Shown: positions 38,861-51,549, numbered from the whole stretch's first letter. The stretch is DNA of 62,267 nt, filler included, from Sphacelaria rigidula (GCA_964200075.2; 11 parts of 11 records of this genome joined end to end with filler, not necessarily neighbours in it), one strand, 5' to 3'. Notes: a model not told the origin generated them from the sequence alone. A program made the numbers and translations.

Positions 38861-39702
38861 TATAAACTCACGAAGACGCGGAAGAGATAACAAACAGTTC
38901 GAGCCAGAGAGCGATTAGGGCGTGTGGGGTACAATACACACGCAGCAGGCTGGGGAGCTTTCTTTTGCGCATGATCGCCAGCACGAGTCGTAACGCTTCC
39001 ACAGGTACGCAGGTGTGGGCGGGGATGGGGAATGAAAAATCCCCATCCCCGGTTTTCGATTTGGTGTGGATTCGAGTTTCGACGCAACATCTCACACAAT
39101 TATTTTCTGTCTTTCCCACTGTAAGAATCGGCAAAACATCCTCGAATGTCAAATCACATCTAGATGTCAAAGCTTCGTGCCAGCGTTGTGCAATTATGAA
39201 TACTCAATAGCTACGAGCCTTCTGGGTCCTGCTTCGCATGAGCAGCTGTGCGCCCAAACCCTGCCCAAGCTGGTGTAAAACGCTGTTTTTTCAACACTTG
39301 AAAAAGCTTTTGTATTCAAACCCGCGATCGATATCAAAGCTTCCCGTGATCACGCATACAAACAGTATTCCCCTCCTGGAGGGAAGGGTGAGATTTTTTT
39401 GTTGATAGAACAACAGAGGAAAGCAATCAATCAAATAAAAATAAAATGACGAGAATAACAGCGACAAAACATAAAGTGGAAGGAAGCGCAACGCCACATC
39501 ATCATATTGATAACTTTTATTGCTACTAACAGCCGATTTTCGAAAATGGGGTTGAAAAAAAAAATGAGGTTCAACTCAAAAGCCGTGCTTNNNNNNNNNN
39601 NNNNNNNNNNNNNNNNNNNNNNNNNNNNNNNNNNTTAATTAATTAANNNNNNNNNNNNNNNNNNNNNNNNNNNNNNNNNNNNNNNNNNNNCCCCCCCCCC
39701 CC

Positions 39703-39705
<3 letters not shown>

Positions 39706-39757
<52 letters not shown>
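39706..39757. repeat. (CA)n microsatellite
   Basis: About 26 CA units. Confidence 0.95.
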
Positions 39758-39759
<2 letters not shown>

Positions 39760-40132
39760 ACAAACTTGGCTGGTGTAGCTCGTGCTCCCGGTCTAAGTTA
39801 AAAAAAAAACAAGTCGGACGAGCTACCTGAGTACTCTTCCTAGTGTATTGATCCAGATCATAAGATAGCTCATTTCGCCCCTTTTTCCAAATTCGCTCCC
39901 TACCGCACGGGACGCCAAGCACGCGTAGTACAAACTTAGCGTAGTGGCTTCTCGGGCCCCGCTGTCACGTTTTTTGTGTTTTTTGTTTTTGGGTATAGCT
40001 CATGAGCGGTCCCGACGTGTGGAAGATTCGGTATGAGTATCCTCAGCGCAAGGTGCATGTCGCGCGACCGCTTATCGTTCGCTTCTCCGTCATCTGTGCA
40101 TCTATGGTGTCGTCTTTTACCACTTTTGACAG

Positions 40133-40215
40133 ATAACTGGGATGATCACGAAGGATAACACTGGGATTGGCTTCACGGTTGTTATCATGTCATCGATCTC
40201 CATGTGGCTCATCTG
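40133..40215 (+). CDS. VHA-e: V-type H+-ATPase V0 subunit e, internal exon
   Basis: Acceptor ttttgacag; encodes ITGMITKDNTGIGFTVVIMSSISMWLI(W); donor gtgagt, phase 2. Joins in frame to 42686. Not in the ORF track. First exon not found in the contig. Confidence 0.9.
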
Positions 40216-41526
40216 GTGAGTGACGTTGAGTTGTTGGGGGAAGCAGAATTGCCCAGGTCGTTTTGACGAGAAAATCTTTTGCTGGCCCCAGGTCCAGCGT
40301 AGTCTGGGTTTTGGGCATCAGGTTGACTATAGTGTTTGGGAACACGAAGGAGAGAACAGAACGAAAGAGTGTTGCCTGTCTTCACACCTTTGATGTAGAA
40401 CATGTAGCCGTTTCCCACAATTCATGGGTAAGGTGTTCTGCCAACATTTGAAAATGATTTTTTCTTTTTCAAGTATGAAGGAATACGTGCGTGTGTACGG
40501 GGAAGTTGAAATTGTTCTGAACTATAATTGCGGAATGATTGGAGCTCATAAATCTGGGGATGTTACTCCAAACCGTCAGCTCACCTGACAACGTTTCGGA
40601 CGAACTCGTCGTCCGCCCTGATCCTGTCGTGTCCGAGGGCTGAAAACAGAACAGGGAGGGGTGCCGTGTGTCATTTTCAACAGTTTACGCTAGCGTTCGC
40701 AGCGGAGATATCTCAATGTTCGTGCCGAACCACCTGGCTGCAGACGTGGTGAAAAATATAGTCTAGCGAATCTCCGTGTACACCTGCCACCCGGATTCCT
40801 AACTCGTTCATCAGTACTTATTGAAGGAACAACAGCCTACCACCGGTCGGCCATGGCCCGAAGCTACGGTAGTTGAGTGCTGTGGTGCGGACGGCTTTTA
40901 TTGGGGGTTCTTGGTCAAGTGTATTTCGCATGTTTTGTTTCGTGTGTGTGTTTGTATTGCTGCAGATTGATATTGTGTCGAAACGTGCCGTCTTCTTGGA
41001 CCCGAAAACAAAGCAAAAAAAAAAACATCAAGGAAACAGAAGATATTGAACAGAAGAAAATAACTGAGCTGGTCGGAGGTGTGGCAAAATAAATTCATAG
41101 ATTTGCCAACATTGTAAGAGACCTCGAAAGACGTACTGTATTAGTAGGTGAAGCAGGAAGCGTATCTCTGGAGAATATATGGGTGCGAAGCGAGAGTCAA
41201 AACCACGTCCCCAGGTATCCACAGAAGAAAAAACACCACTCGAATTAGGTAAAAAGCCGGTAATGCTCTTGCGCGCATACTAGGTGGTGGGGGTATCTGT
41301 AACGTTTCGGCGACCTTTGATGGACACAAGAGGAGCTCTGGAGGTGGGATACACAGCAAGAAATTTCCTTTGCATGGTGTGCGTTGGTCGCATTCACGTG
41401 CGTGGCGGTTCAGTTTGTCGCGTACTTTTTTCTAACCCCTTCCTATACACCCTGTCACCGCTCGGAAACGGACGATGGGCGTCCACGATGTCGAGTATAT
41501 TCCTAGGGCGTAGCGGTTCTCCATGA

Positions 41527-41657
41527 CCTGGTGTTGAATGAAGGCGTTCCGCCAGTTGGCTCGCCCTCCTGTTCCCCCCAACCATTCCTCCGCGCATGAG
41601 CAATGGTCGGAGGAAACAGGAGGGTAAGCCAACTGGCGGAGCGCCTCCAACACCAGG
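41527..41657. ncRNA. Intronic imperfect hairpin, candidate miRNA precursor
   Basis: About 60-bp arms with scattered mismatches, a bulge and a ~7-nt loop, inside the V-ATPase e intron. The hairpin is certain; the function is inferred. Confidence 0.4.
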
Positions 41658-42685
41658 CCACTGAGTACTGCTCCGTCTCCGGGATAGATGCGACATTATG
41701 GACGCGATTAGTCCGAGATGTTCGTGAGTGGTGCCGAGGCGTGGAGGAAGAAGCTGAGGAGTACGTGCCAAACTGGACCACCACGCGCGTGAACGCGACC
41801 AGCGCGCGCCATGTAATGAGCTATTTGTTTTGTCACCACTAGGGTTCCCTCTTTGTCATTTGAAGGTTTGCCGACATGTCACAATGACCAATCACGTGGT
41901 ACGCTCGCTCGTGCGTTGACGATCTTTCCTTGATTTCATCGTTGTTTTTCTCTGTGGGTACCTGGGGATGTTCTGACTCTCGCTTGACATCCGTATTTTG
42001 TCCTGAGGTATACTCGGTTTACTTCCTACCAAGTACCTCTCCCGAGTTCCTTTACTTCATTGCGAGATCTGATCGGTGTGTTTTAATTTGTTTCACCGCA
42101 CCCCCGACCTGCTCGGGGCACAAACCATATTTCAACTGTTTTGGCAGTGACGATGTAATAGTGTAGACTTCGAGGTGCTGTTTTTTTTTAACGGCATACG
42201 GTTGAGTTTTTGCAGCTTTCACGCAAAACTATGAGCCTGAGGCGTATTTTCGGATCCCATATAAAAATGTGCCCCAGTGCAGCACGAGACTCCTTTTATA
42301 TGTAGTTGAGGCACGTAAGTACCAATTTTCGCTGTGCGCAAAGTTGAACACACTTGATTCGTTGCGTCACCTTATCGGACAATACTTTTCCGACCACACC
42401 GGGATGACATTTCTGGTGCTCGCGTGACGCATGCTGGTGGATTTTTCCATGGCCTCCCACCGTAGAAATGGTTGCTCAGGCTTTTCTGTTCCTATCTTTC
42501 CTTCCTTGTCACGGCTGACATGATGAGTGAGGCGTTTGACCGGGGGACGGAAGGGGAAGGGAGAGATCCTAACGGGTTAATACAAATCGTATGATGGCCA
42601 CAAAGCTGCATTTGTGTTGCATGTTTCACAATGCGTTTGCGTGCTTTTTGTCGCGCCTACTCCCCTCGTGATCCGTCCCCCACAG

Positions 42686-42749
42686 GCTTATGGCATGGTT
42701 CCACCAATGGCATCCGTTGATCATACCGGAGTTCCCCTCACTTGAATAA
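42686..42749 (+). CDS. VHA-e: V-type H+-ATPase V0 subunit e, last exon
   Basis: Acceptor ccccacag; encodes (W)LMAWFHQWHPLIIPEFPSLE*, matching the subunit-e C-terminal W..W...Q.xPLI.P signature. Confidence 0.92.
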
Positions 42750-43549
42750 ACGGCTCTCGGCCGGGAGAGCGCTCATGGCCCTTGAGAGTTTGGGTAGGAG
42801 GGTCGGAGAGGGAGAGCGCCACCAGCATGAGAGCTGTTTCATTTCAACTTGCGCGTGACTTGAGAGGGGCAGCCGGGACATTCACTGTAGACGTTCGACG
42901 GTTTGGCGGCTCGGCAATTTGTCCGTCCGCCCGCATAGCACGAGTCTAGATATATACTTTTTGTCTTCTTCTTCGTTCCCGTCGATTGTCAAGCATGTGT
43001 GATCCAAGTAAGTCTAGTTTTTTTTTCATGTGTTCCCCTGCTTGTTGCTATCTTTTCGGTGTTGTTGACATCTTGTGTGAGCACCACGGGGCCCGGCGAG
43101 GAGGCAATCTATGGTTTCTTGGGGGCAGATGGTGCTGGTCGGTGGAGCAAGTGACACCCCTCGGGGTTGGGCGGATTTGGCGGGAAAAAGGGGACTCGCT
43201 TTCTCAGTGGAAGCAGTGTGTGTATTTTCAATGTTGGTTCTCCTGTACATTGTAGTTTTATACATCGTGAACTTTCGAGAATCCTGACCACTCATCGGTA
43301 CGCGGTATTTTCCCCGCTAGGCAAGTGCTGGGAACATGATTTTTTTTCGCATTACTTTGCCCCACCGCAATGTGGCTGATTTGTCCAAATTCTAGACCCC
43401 AAGTTTGCTCAAGTCGGGGCGGACCCGCGGGTACTCAGCACCCCTACCAACAAATTCCATTCCGCGATGTATCGGAGCTCAGTCGTTGCTGGAATCGGTC
43501 GAATCGCACAGAAAAGAGTTCGAGAAGAACGCCGTGGGTGTTTTTTACA

Positions 43550-43670
43550 TGTGTGTGTTGTCTCATCTATTCTGGGCGCCAGTCTACACCTTTCGTTATA
43601 TGTGGGCGCGCCAGCCGGGGTCACACAGGAGGAAGGTCAACACAGGAGCTTTTTCTTTTTTATTTGTTTT
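43550..43670 (-). mobile_element. SINE family B, 3' fragment
   Basis: Matches 24672-24790; breaks off at the start of the CACACT element. Confidence 0.8.
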
Positions 43671-43671
43671 T

Positions 43672-45260
43672 CACACTCTGGACAAAGGACACAATAATAG
43701 TGCATTGCTTCAGCAATAGACACGGAGAAAAATCTATCGATATATATTATCAAACACGATGTATGGTGGAACACATATGCTGATATGTATTGCAAGGCAC
43801 AAAATATGTTGTAATAGTCGGTCGATAGCCTTTGACAATTACGATAGATGAAGATCACTCGCCATCGATGGACATGGTGTACCGCAATAGATTCTTGGTA
43901 TATATCGATAGCCATTGCTGTAATCAATAGGTTTGGTGAGCAATCCATCGATAGTCATTGCCGTCGTCCATAGATTTGGTGAGCCTTCTATCGGTAGCCT
44001 CTGCCGCCATCAATGCATTTTTTGGTATTCACCAATGTGGGCATTGTCGTCAACAGTCGATTGCTCTCGGGAGCACCTATCGACAGCCAATGACGCCAAC
44101 GATAGGTTTTGAAAAATAGAATGCTCACTGCGGTGGTTTCATGATATCAACTGCAATACCCCTTGCACATGAACACGCAACGACCTGAGGCGATAGCTGG
44201 CCATGGCTTCTGTAGAATAGGGTGAAATCATACATCGAAAAATGTGCGTACATAGCGCTAGTGGTCGACGCCATTCAGCTACCTTCGTGGTAGGCAATAG
44301 ATATTGGTGGCCGCGATTCAGATTGCATCGTGACCAGCGGTGGACATTTGTGGCTGCGATTCAGATTATATTGTAATCCTGAGTAGACATTGGTGGGCGC
44401 AATTGGTATCCTATTGTGACCAACATGTATTGGTGGCTGCGTGGTAGATCCTATTGTGATTGGCAATAAACAATGTTGGCCACAATTCAGAGCCTATTGC
44501 AACAAATGAAATGTATCGATAGACAACTGGGCCCCTCCATTGTCACGGCAATGATAAATCATGTCCCTCGTCCCGAATCTTTTGTCGCCTACAAGAGCTA
44601 TCGATAGCCTTTGATGCCAGTAGATTATGACTGACAATGAACATTGACAGTCAAATTTTCGGGGCTATTGCAGCGCCAACGTTCTATTACATAGTCTCTT
44701 GTCCAGGGTTTAAGCACATCTCACCCACACACAAAAATACTGTAAGCGCCCATGTCCATCAGAGGGACAACCATAAGTACCAACACCACACCAACAACAA
44801 AAGTTGTAAACTTAAACTTTTGTCTACACATGTTACGGATTCCTACAAAATACAAGATTTCCAAAATTGTAGAAACGTGATGTCATATGTTCACAAGTAG
44901 TATCATTATATACCCACTGCATGTCCACCTGTGGCTTCTCTACCGTACGAGTACCTTAGTATGTTACGATGTGGGGGTGGCAATAGACGTTAGAGAAAAT
45001 CTGTCGGTAGGCATTATATACCACAGTTGATTCTGGTATGTATCTATCGATACTTATTGCCGCCATGCACAGATTTATACGCTACCTATCAATAGCTATT
45101 GTCGTCATCAATACATTTAGTATACAATCTGTCAATAGTCATCATCATCAATAGAGTTGGCACGAGGTCTATCGATAGCCATTGCCATCATCAATAGATT
45201 TGGAAACCAATCGATCGATGCATTTGGTCGGCCGCAATAGATTTCGGTGTAGAGCCATAG
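43672..45260 (+). mobile_element. End of a DNA transposon with CACACTCT terminus and ATCGATAG-rich subterminal repeats (CACTA/CMC-like)
   Basis: The first ~400 bp match the reverse complement of 45432-45907, with a sharp shared boundary at CACACTCT. Many degenerate atcgatag.cattg units. Confidence 0.7.
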
Positions 45261-45431
45261 NNNNNNNNNNNNNNNNNNNNNNNNNNNNNNNNNNNNNNNN
45301 NNNNTTAATTAATTAANNNNNNNNNNNNNNNNNNNNNNNNNNNNNNNNNNNNNNNNNNNNAACGACGATCTGACTCGAAATTTCGAGCAACAAATGGCCC
45401 AAAATACCCCCCCCCTATCGTAGGATGACTC

Positions 45432-45907
45432 AATCAATTGTTAACGGCAATGGCCATATTGATAGATACCCAAAAATGCATTGTTGGCGGTAGAGGCTAC
45501 CGATAGACGGCCAACAAAATCTAGTGATGGCGGCAATAGGTAGATAGACGGCACACCCAATGTATTGATGGCGGCAATGACTATCGATGGATGGCTCACC
45601 AAACCTAGTGATAATGGCAATGACTATCGATAGATATCTCACCAAAGATATTCATTACGGCAATGGCTATCGATATATACAATCCAGGATCTTGCGGTAC
45701 ACGATGCTCATCGATGGCGAGTGATCTTCATCTCTTGTAATTGCCATAGGTTATCGATCGACTATTGCAACATCTATTGTCCCTTGCAATACATATCAAT
45801 AGATGTGTTTCACCATATATCGTGTTCGATAATACATATCGATAGATTTTTCCCCGTGTCTATTGCTAAGGCAATGGACTATTATTGTGTCCATTGTATA
45901 GAGTGTG
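45432..45907 (-). mobile_element. Second copy of the CACACTCT-terminus element end
   Basis: Reverse-complement match to 43672-44070. Confidence 0.75.
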
Positions 45908-45913
45908 AAGTCT

Positions 45914-46269
45914 TCGAAATATGGTTCCATTTCTTCACCTACTGATAGCTATTGACAACTGCTACACGCCATAGGAATTTGGATTACGATCACCGAAATG
46001 TTGGGTCCTGGGTGAAAAACCAATTTCGGAACCATTTTGGCGTCCGTTCGGACACCCGAAATTCCCCAGAATTGGTTTTTCACCTGGGACCCCAACATTT
46101 CGGGGATCGAAATCCAAACTTGTACGGCGTGTAGCAGTTTTCAATAGCTATCAGTGGGTGAAGAAATGGAACCATATTTCGAAGATTTGGTGTGGATACG
46201 AAGATGTTAATCCTCTGGGTTTTTCATCCCCAATAAATGATTCATCCCCAATATGTAAGATCCCGTGTT
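45914..46269. mobile_element. Foldback MITE, second copy (left arm truncated)
   Basis: Collinear with 10343-10698; ends cccgtgtt. Confidence 0.9.
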
Positions 46270-46560
46270 TCTCGTCGAATTTTATGTATTTGATCACTTC
46301 TACGACGCCACATAGGTATTCCTTGACTAAGGATCCTACCCCTCCCCGCTCCCATGTTTTTGGGGTTCTGTCCCTTCCACGTTTTCCCTATCCATGCGCA
46401 CTGTACAGCTTTGCACCCTATTTCCGCCTTTCGTTTCTCCTATGACTGTAGAATTCCCGCTATATCTATGTCACGCTTACTGACATACTCGGCTATTTCC
46501 ATTTTTTTGCTCTCGTCCGTGACGAATCCACACACATTCCGCCATCCTGTTATCACCTTC
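46270..46560 (-). pseudogene. LINE ORF2 apurinic-like endonuclease N-terminus, decayed
   Basis: Translation GWRNVCGFVTDESKKMEIAEYVSKRDIDIAGILQS*EK...AWIGKT...GAGRVGSLVKEYL matches the APE motifs WNVxG, DIxxIQE and GGVGxLV. One stop; ends at the foldback MITE. Purine-rich upstream sequence to ~47070 is probably the same element. Confidence 0.8.
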
Positions 46561-47178
46561 CTTTTCGAATCATTTTCCAGTCTCCTTTTGTCTATTCTTG
46601 TCTCCCCGTCGTTTGTACTTTTGTTTTCCTCTGCTCTTCCCCCTGCCCTTTCCCATACGGGCAGTTATTCGTGCCTGCTTCCCCTTTCCTCCGTTGAACC
46701 GAGGGCTAACTCTTAGATTCGTTGTTCCCTGGGCTATGCATACTCTCCAATGTCACCCTTCTAAGCCGTGTTGACGCCTGATTTGTCTCCATCCGATCCC
46801 ACTCCTTGCTGGCTCTCCACTGTAGCGCGACTCGGAGGTGCTCTCCCTGCCTTTCTACTTCTCTGATTGCTAAACAGTATAGTTCTACTTCATCGCATTT
46901 CCTTTTCCAACTCTACTCCTGTCATATCGCCACGGACTCCAAATACCAGCAGTACCAGCACTTGACCCGTCCACTCTTTACTTCTCCGTCCACCCTTCCT
47001 TACCGTCTCTATCTCTCTCTCCCTCTCTCTCTCGATTTCTTTCGAGAGTATTTCCAGCTTGTTTATTTCGAATATTGAGGTGGGGTGCATTCAATGTACT
47101 GGGATATCCCAATCCTAGTGCTTGTTGGGGGTCTGGCGTCCTTCAGGTCTTCTGCTGGCTCACGGACACTAAATATTA

Positions 47179-47757
47179 CCTCCAACATGGGCTCGTAGCG
47201 TTAAGCCAAGTTCAATATCTTTGACACGAGTACCACGTTTGTGCCAGGCGACCTGCATGGTAAACCATCCAGGCGTCCCACGATCGTATCTTGTATCCTC
47301 TTGCTCCACTGCTGTACTGGTTCATTTCCTCCAAGGAGGTCATTTTCACCGTGCAAGGAAGGTCCAAGGACCGCTTGCATAACACAAAGTCTTACTCACA
47401 CATCCGGATATCCCGTACACCATCACCTCTTCCCACTGCATATACGGTTTCACGATGGGTCGCTAGTGGAGTAGCGACCCATAGTGAACCGTACGTGGAG
47501 TGGGAGGAGGTGATGATGTACGGGACATCCCAATGCGTGAGTAAGACTTTGTGTTATACGAGCCATTCTTGAATCGTCCTTACTCGGTGAAAATGACCTC
47601 TCTGGAGGAAAGTAACCAATACAGCAGTGGGGCAAGGAGATAGATAATACGATTGTAGGACGCCTGGATGGTTTACCATGCAGATCGTGGCAAAAACGTG
47701 GGGTACTCTTGTCAAGGGTGTTGAACTTGGCTTAAGGCTCGAGCCCGTGTTGGGAGG
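47179..47757. mobile_element. Long foldback element (~580 bp, ~285-bp arms, few-nt loop)
   Basis: Arms complementary along their full length with moderate divergence; centre atgggtcgcta-gtggag-tagcgacccat. Confidence 0.9.
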
Positions 47758-47762
47758 GGGCT

Positions 47763-48064
47763 GTGCTCATGATCTGGCATGCCGTAGTCATACGACCATT
47801 GACCTCGCATCCCTACAGAGCCGGGACGGGGCACACCGGGTTTTTGCCGGACCAGGCTCGCAGTCAATCACCAAGCGAGAAGCGCCGTGATGTGTTCGGC
47901 GAGTCGCATGAAGGGTGATATGCAGCCTACCAAGATTGTTCGGCCCGAAGCGTGCTGATAATCTTACATACGGATGACAGTCTCGAATGAGGTGCTTCAT
48001 TTTCTGGTCTCAACACTTGCAGGGATAGCCACGGGTTGACACACAGCCTCATGGGTGTGTCACC
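47763..48064 (-). mobile_element. Family-A repeat, full length (~300 bp)
   Basis: Runs from ggtgacacacccatgagg to atcatgagcac on the minus strand, with the 3' end next to a C-rich run. Confidence 0.9.
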
Positions 48065-50344
48065 CTTTTAACACTGCGTATATACAATAGTACGAGCATT
48101 CCCTTTGCGTGGAGTTGAGGTTCTCCACCCCGCACAATATGATCTAACTCGACCACCATCGTGGTTAACGCGAAAAAAACGCAAGCGACAGAAAAAAACG
48201 GTAGCCCGGTTGCCTTTCTTACGCAGTGAGTGGCGTGCTTTATAGTGCCTTTGCCATCCGACGCCAACCCCCGAAAGGGTGGGTGGGGGGCGTACTCATT
48301 TGTTGCTTGCCCCGGTCGTGTGACCATTGATCACGCATCCCTCTCGAGGCGGAGCGGGGGTGGAGGTCTCCAAACAATCGTACCCTGCACTGAATCGATG
48401 GAGGTGTCTCTAGGCATACCCTATGCTAGGTTGTTCCAGGGTTTAACTTGTCCTCGACAGCATCCATGGATGAGAAGGTTCATACCCAAACTAGTGCGGT
48501 CGCAGCAGCTGGGCCGCAATCTTCCCCCACGACCTTTCGCTTTTTACGACTGGGTTTGAGTTTGAGTCTGCGCAAGACCTTTTTCACCGAAGCCATAGGG
48601 CAGAGGCCGGCCATTTTGTTTTCCCTTCTTTTTTTTTCTTCAATTTCTTCTCTTGTGTTTCATTTCATTTTTCCAAGTCTCCGCTGTTGTTCTGTTCCAC
48701 CTCTTCTGTTCCTTCTTTTTTCTTCAGCGAGTGCTTCAATTTTTGTTTTGTCTCGGGTGCGTCTGTCACGTGACCGCGGCTGGATCCTTGGGGGGTCAAT
48801 GAAAAGTGCGACATTCAACCAATCAAATCAAATCAAACAAGCTGCTGAATGCGGAGGTCGTCTTCAAAAGCGCGACAAAAACAGGGCTGCGGGACGAGAG
48901 AAAAGGTCGCCATGCCCTGTTTGTTATCGCGCCCTGCAACAACACACCGTTTTCGCAGAGCAGTGGAAAACGGCCAGCATCACGCCTTGTTCCTTGTTGT
49001 GCTTCGCATCTACAGAAAATCTCACACCACCATTCCCGTCTCCAGAGTACTTGTGTTCTCTCTGGAATCGCGCTCCTCTGTACCGGTAAACACTTATCAA
49101 GCAAGACTCCGGTCTCCATTTCGAAGGCTGGAATAGTCAACCACAAGACGTTTTTTTCTCATTCCCAGGATGTCCATTAGTCAATCTAGGATCGAGACGT
49201 TGCATCTGGCGCCCCCAGGGCATTCGGACCCGGAGCTTCCTCTCTCAAAACAATCAGCATTCTCGGATGGTCGATCGTCAGTGTTTTCACAACCGGTGAG
49301 TAGTACTCTGTATGCACAAGAATCGAAAGTGTGTAAAACGAGCTGCAAAACCAAAACGTGTGGCGACAAACGGGTGTAGTAAACACGCTGACGAGACACC
49401 CGGTCAGCCGAACCCGGGTGATTAACTCGCATGTGTGTTGAGATAAGCTGACGAGGACTCCGAACCACGTCCTCGTCGTTTAGGTGGTCCTTGCAGGACG
49501 ATTCTTGTCTTTCTTTTTGAGTGGTACGATGATGCCACTAACAATACGTAGTATGTTCAAGCTTTACACAAGGCCTGGCGTTAGTTCCTTGTTACTGAGG
49601 GGGGGGGGGGGGGGGGGGGGGGCGCCTCGTTTTTTGTCGCGTTTTGTGTTGTCCCCAGGGACCCCCCCCCCCTCTCCCCGGCGCAACCGTTTTNNNNNNN
49701 NNNGTGTTCTGGTGGGTGGGGGGATGGAGGTGGTGCGCTAGGAGACGCACTCGTTTGTTGCTTGCCTTAGTGTTTTGACCATGGACCACGCCTCCCTTTC
49801 CAGACGGAACACTTTCTCGTTACGGGGTGGTAAAAGTGTCAAATGAACATCATAGAGTCACCGAAGCAATCGGACGAAGAATGTACGCCTCTCGCACGGC
49901 AGCACCGCCCGTCGTTTTGGGGCAATGTTGATATATTAGTGGATTGGTTATTTTTAATGATTGTCGCACATTCATTGATCTCCCCCAGGGGATCCAGCCG
50001 CGGTCACATAATAAGACGTACGCATCAAGATACAAATGACGGAAAATCTCGAAGAAGATATCATTATGAAGGGCGGGGGGGGCATACTCATTTGTTGCTT
50101 GCCTTAGTCGTTTGACCATTGACCGCGCATCCCTTTCGAGACGGAGCACGGAGCATATGGGAGGGGGGGGGATCAAGGCAGATAGAACAAATGGAGTATG
50201 AAGTGAAGCTCAACAAAAAACAGCGGCAAAAAGAGCGAGAACACAAGGGAAAAAAATAAAGGGGATCGAAAAGAGCGACAAAAAATTGTCCAGTGAAAGC
50301 ACTCCAGGTGGACAAGCCGCGCGCAAAGAACCAAAAATGCTCAG

Positions 50345-50601
50345 GAGTCGTACCACGGTTTGGAGTTTCAAAGTTGAACCCAGATGCTTTCTCGCTGAGG
50401 AGCTCCTAAACTTAGGAGTTGCACGAGAGATCGGGTCAGGATATTCCCGTTGTAAAAATCCGCTCGGGATATTCCTAGCTCATCGGAATGTTAATTCGTG
50501 GCGTGCCGACATATTCACAAGTAGTTTTTTCGAATGACACGAAGAGCCATTAGCAGTTCAAACCGGGGTTTTTTCTATGCACCCCTACCGTGGCACTACT
50601 C
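50345..50601. mobile_element. Degenerate GAG...CTC TIR MITE
   Basis: Ends gagtcgtaccacggt and accgtggcactactc; internal gagctcctaa. Confidence 0.5.
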
Positions 50602-50686
50602 CCAACAGGAGGTCGGGTACAAAACATTTAGTGTGGCGAGTCATGTATTTGCGCCAATAGCCCCCCCATCCCCCCACCAGGAGATA

Positions 50687-50721
50687 ATGGTCTGATTACT
50701 ACTGCATGCATGATCATGAGT
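50687..50721 (+). mobile_element. 35-bp 3'-terminal family-A insertion with an 11-bp target-site duplication
   Basis: accaggagata at 50676-50686 and 50722-50732 flank atggtctgattactactgcatgcatgatcatgagt. Confidence 0.8.
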
Positions 50722-51031
50722 ACCAGGAGATAGATGGTGGCCACAGACGGCGAAACAGGACGAGGATAAGATATGCAACAGGTTTTTGTGTAATGTATGG
50801 AAAAACTTAATGAGCACCGGAGTGTTGGAGGTGTCTCTACTAGGAGTAGGAACGGTGCTCCGTCTCGAAAGGCATGCGTGGTCAATGGTCAAATGACTAA
50901 GGCAAGCAAAAAATGAGTACGCCCACCCCNNNNNNNNNNNNNNNNNNNNNNNNNNNNNNNNNNNNNNNNNNNNTTAATTAATTAANNNNNNNNNNNNNNN
51001 NNNNNNNNNNNNNNNNNNNNNNNNNNNNNTG

Positions 51032-51163
51032 CCTGCGCGAGTGACGGAACTTGACGACTTGGATGTATCCATCGTCGCGGGAGCCGAAGACGAGAGAGAT
51101 GTAAATCCGTCAGGGGCGGACACCTCAGGGGCCGGGGCAGGGGTAGAAGAAGCTAAGACATAG
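51032..51163 (+). CDS. Possible C-terminal end of an unknown protein (5'-partial)
   Basis: Open from the contig start: PARVTELDDLDVSIVAGAEDERDVNPSGADTSGAGAGVEEAKT*. Composition is coding-like; no other support. Confidence 0.3.
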   Translation, partial: PARVTELDDLDVSIVAGAEDERDVNPSGADTSGAGAGVEEAKT

Positions 51164-51549
51164 AGTCCTTGACAGATGTCCGTTGGTGGTTATTTTACTG
51201 AATGGTTTTGTGGTGGACGGAGCCACGGTTGTCTCGTCCAGGTAGGTCTCTGCGCCCCCATTTCTCTTGCAGAGCATTGATCGATTTGAAAAGGGTACGT
51301 ATTCCCCTTGATACCCTTCTCCCTACAGTCGTGTGCTTGCGCTAGGTGTCAAATTGTGTTATTTTTTCGTCAAAATGATGCATTAGGGGCCTTATTGATC
51401 GATGTCTCGCGCCTCACTCGTCCATCGCTTCAGTGATGATTGATGATTGGTCGTTTGGTTTCCCAGAAAAGACGCCAGTAAGGGTGTCATTGCTCGTGAC
51501 CATGAAATAGATGACTCAAGCAGACGAGTAACACCACGTGAAAAAGTGA

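Noticed and set aside
40002..40052. MSGPDVWKIRYEYPQRK as first exon of V-ATPase e
   Set aside because: In phase, but it lacks the required first transmembrane helix and implies an unusually short intron. The true exon is probably off the contig.
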